A stretch of DNA of 64,000 nucleotides from Convolutriloba macropyga (taxonomy: Eukaryota): assembly GCF_964194025.1 (NCBI RefSeq), contig NC_134476.1, positions 19,034,001 through 19,098,000 on the forward strand, given 5' to 3'. The notes beneath the pieces are model-generated. The model searched no databases. It was not told the origin of the DNA and saw nothing but the letters and a program-made list of their open reading frames with translations. Numbering within the stretch: the first letter of the stretch is position 1; each line of letters opens with the position of its first letter. Below are positions 13,630 through 24,800 of this stretch, one piece after another. The translations under genes and the position numbers were made by a program.

Positions 13630-14154
13630 GATAGGTCTTTCTTATTCATAGCAACAAGCAAATTCTGCCAAGCTATAAGTCGTTTTTGGTTACTTTTTCT
13701 TTCCTTTATAGGTTCTAAAATTTAATCGTCATTTTTACATTATTATAATGTTGGATTACGTTTTGATTAGTCAACGCTCATATATGACCAACTGCGATTG
13801 CCTTATTGGTTCGATAAATTGAGCGTTACGAGATCAAACGATCGAGGACGTAGTGAGCAGATGACTTACGGGAAAACGACTTCATTTTCACATCCAGTAC
13901 TTAAATTTTAAAGACTTCTACGGAAGCAATGATTCAACACTCAGGCAGTGTTTCGTGTCTTAACATGTTTTTAACCGCAAGTCAAGTTTAGAGTTCGATT
14001 AGAGTTTGATGGATATTTTAAGATATGTTGAGAAAGACCAGAGAGAACATTGCACAATGCAACTGCATCTTTTGATAAACTCCTTCTGCAGATGGCGTTG
14101 ATTGCACCAGATGTGTGAGGTAGCTTCGTAAGGACAACTAAATTCAAATTTAAT

Positions 14155-14215
14155 CTATTTTCAGAAGGTTTATTGGTTCAAGTAAGACTTGAACCAATAA
14201 ACCTTCTGAAAATAG
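14155..14215. repeat. Perfect 29-bp inverted repeat with 3-nt loop
   Basis: ctattttcagaaggtttattggttcaagt-aag-acttgaaccaataaaccttctgaaaatag. Confidence 0.95.
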
Positions 14216-16828
14216 TTTTTTAAGACGTGTTATTGTTACAACCCTCCACGTAATGGCGGCCTGGAGCTATATACAAGCCCAACTTTTTTATTAACACAAT
14301 TTTGGCGATCGATGTTTTGCGAAGATTTATAAAAGTGGTATCTTTAAAGAACTAAACAGGAACTCTAGAGGCCAGCGCTTTCACCTTTTGCTATCTACCT
14401 TAGAATGTATTTTTTATAAATTCGGATCCCAATAGATTTATTCAATTAATGTGTGATTTCGAGATATTAAATTTCCAATAATTGTAGAGAAAATTTTTAT
14501 TAAACAACTCGCTTAAGTTTTCAAGAAACATGCGCATTTAAAATCAGACTATTCGGTGATTTCGCTTTTGTGACATCAAACTACCGTGTTCCATTCAGCT
14601 GAACTCTTGCTTAATCTTGGTTCGGCCATTTAATCTCAGATAATACCAAAATTTGTATTTTACGGGTTTATTTCTGTTTTATGTACCTCCATTTTCATCC
14701 ATAGCCAAACTGACTGAATTTTGTCAAGTTATTCTAAATTAAGTACCTTATTACTAACACATTTTGGCTGTAGACAGTCTTTCGACAGACTTTCATTCAA
14801 AAATGCTGAATTTTGATGCAGGCTCACATTTGTCTTCCACCATTTGTTATCTGAAAATTTCAAACATAACTTGCCGAACTGTTTTTCATCTTTGTGTAAC
14901 CCACAATTAGTTGAAAATCCACTAAAACCCAATCGCAGTAATTCATAACTTTGTGATTACATCACAATCATCGAGCATTGTTAGAGAGTGACGAACCAGC
15001 CAGGTATTTTTCTTAGGCAAAATTTGATCGACTAAGGGAGCCAAAATTATTTCATTAAAAACCTTTATCGGTACCGCAGTGATATTATCTCCAAAGAAAG
15101 TGCTTCAGCCTTAAAGCCATTTAATTTTTTATAATGAACTATTTATCCCGAAAATAGACGGCAAGGGACGTCTTAAACTGTTGCAATTTTTGCTTCGGCT
15201 TTTGTTTCAAGTCAGTCTTCTTCTTTTCCCTCTAGCAGAAAGAAAATTATAGAAAGGTTGAGCAGCCAACCAACTGTAAAAATCTCTAATGATAGTTACC
15301 CCTTTGATCCCTGGTCTGCTATTTGACACTATACAGTAGCAGACATAGCAGAGTGTTAGGAGGCTGTATGTCAAAAAATTTGTTTCAACTTCAAACTAAA
15401 TATGTTTCTGAATTAAAGGTACATCAGTTCACTTATATTAAATATTTTTAAGTAGGTCCATTTTCTATCTCCAATAACTCAAAAATGTGTACCCAAGTTT
15501 TTTTAAATCATTTCGAGGTTCTTTTCGATGCATTTCGACATTTTAAAAAAAAACAAACAAAAAAATCCTCCGTTTCAATTTTTTTCTAATCGTTTTTTTA
15601 GTTCGTATGAATTGCAATTTATTGGAAAATTCTGTGTGAATTGATGAATTGCTAGAAAAAATGGGATTTTTCTTCAAAATCCGTTTTTGAGAAATTCAAG
15701 TCTCGTTTTTACATTTTTTGTGACGGTTTTTAAGTACATGAGGCAAGATGTTTAAACACAGTAGTTGCTTAGTCATTAATGAATTTGCCGACTGCTGTTT
15801 CGTTTTGTTCGAAGCTTTTTTATGCCATGTTACCAGTTTTTTTAGACTTACATGGGACCATAGTGGGCCCTTCACGGTGGCGGTTCTGTATGAGGTATGT
15901 ACATACCAAGCTAGCATCCGCGTAAAAATTTCATTACACTGAAAAAGCGGCTCATTTTAAATGTTGCTTAAAAGAGTAACGGGAGCCGTAATTTCCGACA
16001 TTCTTGATAATTCTTTCTAATTCTATGTAAACCTTGAAAAATCTAGCTTAATATTCTGATTTCGTGCAATACTTTAATTTTGGGTGCCATTGAATTTTCA
16101 ATACTTGATGTCTTCCATGTCATGGGCGATCTTTCTGAAAATCTTGACAAAATCTTGTTTTGTCTCAGCCAAGCAAAAAAACTTGCAATTTCGTATATAT
16201 CTGAATATTATCCTGCCACTAAGATCGCACGATCTTGGCAAGATTATTCACGATTACGTATCTTTCTTATCAGGGCTATCAAGTTTCGTCTCACAGGCTT
16301 ACCAATATCAACAAATACAGTTGAACCCGACAAAACTTAACAGTCATTTGACATCAAAACGAGACAAAAGTTTTAAAAATTTAATTCCAAAAAAGCCATT
16401 ATGAACTTCCGAGTGATTAAGTTTCAGTGATTAGCGAGCTGATCACTCTGCAACCAACAATTATGCAGTTACTATCACTTTATTACTGGTACTTCAACAT
16501 AGCGTAATATCCCTCAAGTTTATTGGCTATGAGCAATTATATAAAACGCAATTACAATTTTAAAAAATCAAAATTTGCAAGTCAGTTAATTGATAAATGC
16601 AACAAACTGACTGCAAAAAAGATGCCACCCAATTGATGGAATCAGAATAACTCAAAAACTGACTCCAGCAGAAATTTAAATTGCTCAACAATTGACGCAA
16701 GAAACAGGATCTATTCTGTCCCCCTCCCCCAACACCATCAAGCTTATTGGCTATATCTTTTGCGCCCCCAGTGACCTGCTATATAACAAAACAAATTGCA
16801 ATTGTTTGACATCAAAACACTCGGGGCG

Positions 16829-17023
16829 AGTAATGTGTATATGGGCTTACAGGGCCAGGGGAGGGGATGCATATTTTTTCATATATTGAGAAATTGGGAT
16901 GCATATTTTTTCAGAAATTTATGAATTTATTGAAAAAATGTTATATTGTGTATGCAAAAAATGTTATATTGTGTAATATGCAGATCCCCTACCCTGGCCC
17001 CGTAAGCCCATATACAAATTACT
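16829..17023. mobile_element. 195-bp MITE with ~47-bp TIRs, AG...CT termini and 6-bp TSD (Polinton/Maverick-like ends)
   Basis: The TIR AGTAATGTGTATATGGGCTTACAGGGCCAGGG matches the reverse complement of the right end at 30 of 32 positions. The element is flanked by ggggcg at 16823-16828 and 17024-17029. Confidence 0.8.
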
Positions 17024-18124
17024 GGGGCGAAACAGAAGAAATCCGAGAAACCTCCACAGCAAGTTGAATTCATTTCCATATACCCAAATTGCACAGACTA
17101 ATGCATCACATAGATCAAGACTAGAATCAGGTCAGTGAAAAAGTCAGTCAGAAAAAAATAAATCACGAAGAAAATTAATTACTCTATGAACTAACTGCTG
17201 AAAATATTATCCCAAGACAAAAAATTACAGAAAAAACACTACTTTCATGGTCTATCTGAAAATCATTAAAACAGCTGGTTGCTGACTGTAAAAATCAGGC
17301 CAAAAAGACATAGAAAGCAGTAGGGCTTTAATGTGACGATCAATTCACTTATTCCCTTACAGGACGCCCAAATTAGTCCAGGAAAGTTAAGATCGCTTTG
17401 AAAAAAAAACAGTCAGCGTAAGTTAGAACCGGGAATCACAATTCTCCTGCTGAGACTACCAAAAAGACAGCAAAAGATATAAATGGATAAACAGTCACAG
17501 CGTTTAAAAATTAGAAATTTCAATTGGCAACCACCCGAACAAAAATGAATATTCCATTGAAGACGAATATATCAGCAAACATTCCAGCTACAAATTGATC
17601 AGTAGAAAGGAAGCCATTTTTAAAAATGTTCTCACCTAAAAAATTCTCATCAGGCGCGAGAGCTAAATACAAGACAAACCGATTGTAATTATATGTTCCG
17701 TAACTATTGACCATAACTGTCTGATTAAAAATTCGGCCATTGTAGTCTACGTAGATAAAGCATGGGCTTCAATAAGACAACCAACTTTAACTTTGACAGG
17801 AGAATGGCATTCAGAACATCACATTTTCCTCCGTGATAGTGAAAAGGCTGGGATACATAAAAGTGAGGTTAAATTATCTTGTATGAATAACAGAACCATA
17901 AAGAAAATTCGAAATCCATATTAAACCAAATATAAAATCGAAAAGTTTTAATATATGATTGAATTAAATTAGTCTAGAAGAGACTGAAGTTAGAGCAAAT
18001 ACTACGAAAAATTACTTGTTCGGCGCAGAAAAAAAAAGAGTCGAATGCACTGCCAGATCATTTCGCCACATAGCAGAAAAATAAATTTACAAAAAAATTT
18101 GCAATGAAGGTCAAGACTACAATT

Positions 18125-18465
18125 AAAAACATAAACCGACAAATGTCGGAAGAATTGCTCTTGAACGACAGGCGAGGCAATTTAATTCAGGGGCTGTAGC
18201 CTAGATCAAATTATGGGTGCAAAAAAATTTTTCCCCGCGGGATTCGAACCACTGCCCTCCCGAACCACTGCAACCGAATTTATATTAGCTTTACTTCAGA
18301 GCAATAGAGATCACTCAAAAATGAAGAACGAAAGCGTGAAAAAGTCACTTGAGAAGTCAAAGAATGTTCTAGAAGAAAAGCGCAAAACTGTCAAGCGAAA
18401 AATTTGCATAAAAAAAGACACACGTTTACAATAATTGCTATGAACTGCGTTCAAGAGCAATTAAA
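18125..18465 (-). mobile_element. Non-autonomous Helentron (HINE/DINE-1-like) element
   Basis: Perfect 15-bp subterminal inverted repeats aattgctcttgaacg (18153-18167) and cgttcaagagcaatt (18448-18462); an internal partial IR at 18433-18445; a terminal hairpin ccgac-aaat-gtcgg (18136-18149); T-rich ends on the minus strand; no TSD seen. Confidence 0.75.
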
Positions 18466-21400
18466 CACAAACGAAGTGAAAGCCGCTATGGATTTGGGGT
18501 TTAGATTACAAATAATAAAACAGCAATCCGATTAAGCAGTACCATTCGATTATCGAAGCTATTTAAGCAAACAAAGCAATTCAACATAATTTGATAGCAC
18601 AAAAACCAGAACCAAACACTAAAAAAACAGATGTTTTCCGTTTGTTCTCTCCAGATTAGTCACATATTATTTGCAGGGCACAAACGGAGAAGATCCAAAA
18701 AATATAATGACCACTATTATATATGTTTTAATATAAAGCGTCTTGCCAGAATTTGAGCATTATTGCAAGATTGGTTAAAAAAATATTGAATTCGAAAAAA
18801 TAGCCCATCCTTAGAGAAAAATGTCAATCGAACTCTATTGAGCGAAAAACGGAGAAGTATGTTATGCACCTCCAATTACAGTGCACGTTCCATTACACAG
18901 TAATTCAGTGTGTAAAAATATGGTACGTGCGTCTGGGGGGTTTTCATTGCGCCGTAAAACGTACATTTGTCAATTTTCGGCCGATTTGACCCAATCAATG
19001 ACAAAACTGACAAAACCTCATAAGAAAGTTCAGAAATTAAACTTTGTTAATTAGCATAGTATGTGTACGTTCAAACCAGCCATTTGCCTTTTGAATCCGC
19101 AATTTGTAAAATGAAGACCACTTAGGCTTTCTGTGATTTCTGCTAAATTGGCATTTTGCTAAGAGTTTTCGTTCAACGCTAGCCCATAAACAAATCGTGG
19201 ACAAATGTTACGGAGATTTCCAAACGTTCTCAAATTTGAACTAAATTCACCTTTCTGTTACTGTTTTCCGCGCTCTCTTATATTAAAAAATGGGCCGTGA
19301 AAACCCCGACAGATCAAGCAAATTTGCTGGTCTTCGCGTACGTTTTGCGTGGTAATGAGGATCTCATTAACTAAGAAATAATATGGAAAATACGTACAAC
19401 TTCAGCCAAAAATTTACCCAATTGTAAGCTTCATCTCAAAGCTTCGAGACAATGGTTGGGACTGCAAAACCCATCCTATCAAGAAATGATTCGCAGCAGA
19501 AATCAAACCCTATGGTCATGGAATTATAGTCCTCAATTTCCTATTTTTGAATGGCCTCTGGGGTATAAAATAAATTTACAAACCAGACTTTTCCGCAAGA
19601 TATATTATCCAGCGGTTGATTTCTGATGTAAAACAGAAAAATTGATTTATTAGTCAGAGAAAAACTAACATAAACATAACAACTATTAATCCAACTATTA
19701 CTTTCATGACCGTGGAAATCTATCGTACAAAAAATTTTAACCTGATAAAATTTGCAGTGAAACAATAGGTCAAACTAAGTTTACAAACACAAAAAACACT
19801 AAGACCTCCCGGAAAAAACCGGGTAAATCAGCTATTCGAGGAATCGTAAAAAGCACCTCACTTGATAGAATAATTGACAAATTCAGAAGAAGTATGGTTT
19901 GCAGAAATCAGTTATTAGTGGTAAAAAAATTCTACAACCCAACAAGCTCGATCAAAAAGGGACTTGCATCAAGAAGACGTACGTCAATTCTTGAAAAAAA
20001 AGATTTCTTCTATAGAAAAACAACGCTTAAAATAGTAAATGCTTATTATTTTTTTTACTCTGCGAGGAAAACTGAGAAACGGATCACCGCTAAAACTACA
20101 AACTTAAACAACGGTGGGAAAATTATGATGCTTCCCGCGAGCTTTTCTGAGACCAGGGATAACCAGATAGCAGCTGCCGACTTCCTGAAACTCAGTGAAA
20201 GTGAGCACACCTTAATTGGTTCTACACAGAGGAGGATGACCGAACCAGAACCAACGACGAGTAGTCCTGAACTGTTAGCGTGGACGCCTTCTTGCGAGGT
20301 CCACGCCAGCCCAGTTCAGGGCCAGGACGAGACCACGCTTCTCATCAACAACGAAGAAATGAGTGAAAAGAAAGCGATGCCATCTACTCAGAAGACGCCC
20401 CGAGGCGAGGAACAAGTAGAAGGAGACCGCCCGACCGTTTCACCACCTGTTAACAATTCGACAGCAGTTGTTAAAACAACAAAAACCAGGAATAACTTCA
20501 CTTGATCAAAAACCTAAAATCATAAGACTTTAACAGTAAAAACAACTTAAACCTCTGAACAACCAATTAAAAACAGCAAAAACCGAAACCAAATTGCCAA
20601 AAAAAATTGAAATTACATTCAAAAAATTGAAATTGCTTTGCAATTAACTTCAGCAACATGTCTCGTCAGAGTAGAAAAATCAAATCAACAATTTTACTGT
20701 TGAAATCAAAGGCACAAGACAAACTAAATAAACGAAAAACCGACTGTAGTATAAAGCTTTACCAATATTTTAACTCACAAATCTTGACACAACGCATCAA
20801 GTACAATAAAAAAGCCGTTGGTTAAAATCATTATGCCAAATATATTACAGAAAGACGAAGACTTAACAAAAGGGCTTAAAATTGAAAACAGCTTCTAAAT
20901 TTCTCCGTTTTTGACAATTCAGAAAAAACGCACCGGCGCTAAATCTGAAGATATACACAATGGAGGAGTAAGGAAACTGTATTTTGCACCAACTTAAGAT
21001 GCCAGTCATGTACGCTTCATCTAAAACCTCTGAGACAATGGTTCGAACTGCAAATTCAATCCTATCATGTATTGAGTGTTCTAAATCTACACTTATGGCC
21101 ATAGAAAGCGCCAAATAAGCTTTTCAGGTAAAATCGACAACAATTTCATCCCAAGCGTTACATAATAAGTCTTCAAACGTATAAGCCAATCAGCCCAATT
21201 AAAGAAAAGAACAACGTAAATTGGGAGAAGTTATGTCATTTACGTTTACACTTTCTTCACTCCTTTCCTTCACAGCAACTCGACACGGAGGACCAATTAT
21301 ATACAATTGACAGTGTAAAAAATACAGAAAATCAAGGTCCAGTCAAATTTAAAATGCATTCCAAAAACGGAAAAGGAATTGCAGAACAATTTCCACGCCA

Positions 21401-21899
21401 TAGAAAAACTCAATAAACTGGTAATTGGTAAAACCATAAAACACATTTAACTCAAATGTCGAGCTGAACAATCAGTGCAACGGTATTCTAAAACCTATGT
21501 TTATTAAGAAAATTTGGGATGCTGGAAACCCAGCATTTTGAACACAATTGATTAAAAACAGTGGTCCGCGTGAAAACAGCGTGAAATTGGCCGCCAATTT
21601 CCGGTGAAAAACAATGGAAGTTACGCTTCAGTTTAGAAACGCACACAAGACAGCGAGACCGCTTTGGTGCTGGCGATAACGTATAACGACCATCACCAAT
21701 CCAGTAGAAGTGATAACCTCGTCTCCCGCAGATCTGAAAAACGAATTCACAATTCAGAAGCAGATCGACGAAAATTCTTCCAAACTCTACACTTCAATGC
21801 AAAAATAGGGCAAATAAAACTCCAGAAGTTTGAACAAAGATCCTTCAATGTCCCAGGCAGTTGAGAAGGAGCATTACTAACTGTAATTGATCGAAATTT

Positions 21900-24800
21900 A
21901 CTAAGCTCAATAGAGATTTGGCGGAAAATTATTTTCAGCTACATTCTGTGCAATCAGAGTAGAATATTCAAATCACGAACACAATGGTCAAAATTATAAG
22001 CGCATAGGCAACACAAAAACATACAGAAAACAAGAAGAACAAAATCTCAGACAAACAGACTCTGTTATAAAATTTTTCCAATAATTCAACCCGAACGCAG
22101 ATTGCTTTTCGAAATATTCCCTCTTCATAGTGGAACATTATATACAGCGAAAATGCTGTAGAGAGGAATTTCCGAAAGAAGTTTCTGGTCAGAGTAGAAA
22201 AAACAGCAGAAACAATTGAGGTTTAGGTATAACTAGAAAAAGCAACTCCAATAAACAGTACCATCGGAAAACTGAAGCTAATTAAACAAACGCACCGAAA
22301 AACTTGTTTTTATTAGCACACGACAGAGTCGGCACCTGTTTAAAAAACTGCATATCAGTTAACACCATCGAGAACCTTGCGCAAATTTCCACAACCAAGC
22401 CAAGTTGTTTGAAAAAGGCTTTGGCTTGATTTCCTCAAAATTCATTTTTCTCGTATTTTATTCTGTTTCTTGCTCCAAACTTTGGGACCTAAAAACTGGT
22501 TCTCCAAGAGCCGTAGGTAGCCATATTTTGATCAAAAACCTCAATTTCACAGTAAATCACGCATAAAATTTGGGCCTACTTGAACAAGATTTTCCGCAAA
22601 ATTATTTTCAGCAACATTTTTCAACTGCAGTCAGAGTGGAAATAACCAATCAGAAAATTTGGTTTAAATTATAAGCGTCATTGACACCCATAACCAAAAC
22701 CCCGATTGGGACCGAAACAACAAGAGATAACTGATTGATTTACACATTTTTTATAGTGCAAACTAATTTGATTTCATTTTGTCATTCCTGTTAGTTAATG
22801 AGATAAAACAGGCGATAGTATCAATACCAAAGAACATTAGATATGGTAACTATGATTGATAAAAACAAACTTCAAGTAGAGGTAATCTAAAATTGGGATA
22901 AATGGATTTAACCAGTTTCTAGTTTATGTTTTTTCCCATTGAAATTCACTTCAATTTAGTTTCCTTGGCTGAGGAAACTAAAATGAACTGCCATTTAAAA
23001 GCATTTCTAGCAGGATGAGCGGAGAACGAAACAAGTCCAGAGAAAAAAACAATCCACCCGAATTGTTGAAAAAACGGCAAAATAAGGAAGAGCCAAACAA
23101 ACACTTATTCGACGAATTGTTTTTAAAAAATAGAAGCTGTCTAATACAAACGCAATGCCAAACCATTTTAATTAGCACACGACAAAATCGGCCCCTAATA
23201 ATAAAATCTGCATATCAACTTCAACCATCAAGGAACTTGCGTAAATTTCTACAACAAATCGGGGTTGATTTAAATAAAAACATTACTTCGATTTCCGTTG
23301 CAGAATAACACGGAGATGTAACAACAGGGCTTACAAATGATAAATTCATTTTTCTCGTATTTTATTCTGTTTCTTGCTCCAAACTTTGGGTCCTGAAAAC
23401 AGGTTCTCCAAGAGCCGTAGGTAGCCATACTTTGATCAAAAACCTCAATTTCACAGTAAATCACGCATAAAATTTGGGCCTACTTGAACAAGATTTTCCA
23501 CAAAATTATTTTCAGCAACATTTTTAAACTGCAGTCAGAGTGGAAATAACCAATCAGAAAAATTGGTTTAAATTATAAGCGTCATTGACACCCATAACCA
23601 AAACCCCGATTGGGACCGAAACAACAAGAGATAACTGATTGATTTACACACTTTTTATAGTGCAAACTAATTTGATTTCATTTTGTCAGTCATTCCTGTT
23701 AGTTAACGAGATCAAACAGGCGATAGTATCAATACCAAAGAACATTAGATATGTTAACTCTAATTTATAACAACGAACTTCAAGTAGAGGGTATCTAAAA
23801 TTGGGCTTTATGGTTTTAACCAGTTTCCATTTTGGATTTCTTTTTCTGATAAAAATTCTGTTCAATTTACATTCCTTGGCTGAGCAACTGCAATTAAAAA
23901 GCACTTTGAGCAATATGAGCGGAGAATGAAACAATTCTACCTAAGCCGAAAATATTTCACGCGAAATGGTCAAAAAAGCGGCAAAATGAGGTAAAGCGAG
24001 ACAATTTTTATTCGAAAAAAACTTTCAAATAGGAGCTCAATAAGAGCCCGGTGATAACATGAGGGCGTCCATTCAATAAACCACGGAAACCTTTGAGGTT
24101 TAAGTATACCAATAAGCAACTCGATGAGCAGTATCTTTGGAAAATTAAGCCATTTAAAACAAACGCAACACAAACTCGTTGAACACGGCAGAATAGGCAC
24201 CTATTTAAAAAACCAGTTGCCACCATTGAGAAACTTGCGTAAAATTACCCGACCAAATTAAAGATGTTTGGAAAAAAGCTGTGGTTTGATGTCTTCTGCA
24301 GAGTAACACGGAGATGTAATAAAAGGGCTTAAATTGATAAATATTTTTCTCGTAATCTCTTGTTTTCTTGTTCCAAACATACTGTCCAGAAAACTGGTTC
24401 TCTAAGTGGCGTAGGAAATAGAACTTCTATCAAAAACATCGATTTGAAATGTTCGACACAAAATAGGGCATAAAATTTGAACCTAATTGAACAATGGATT
24501 TACCGGAAAAATATTTTCAGCAACAATATCTGCAATCAGAGCGGAAACATCCAATCAGGAAAAATATGGTTGAAAACATAAGCCCATATACCAGACAAAA
24601 ACATACAAACTTAAGACAAAAACTTTCAAATCAAACGCAGATGGCTTCCCGAAATATGTTTTGTCGTGATAGAGCAAAAACATTAAGAAGCAGAAAAAAT
24701 AATTGCGGAACTTTCAGTAAAATTACTTTCCGTAACAAGATGCGTCATTAGAGTAGACTAATCAAATAATGCCATTTTAAATTCAATCTACAAGAAAGTC

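Noticed and set aside
18215-18295. tRNA gene suggested by the GGTTCGAATCC B-box
   Set aside because: No complete cloverleaf or A-box, and it lies inside a HINE-like element; treated as tRNA-derived cargo.
21430-21560. Decayed gag/ORF1 zinc knuckle
   Set aside because: The Cys/His residues are not actually present; the resemblance is too weak to support.
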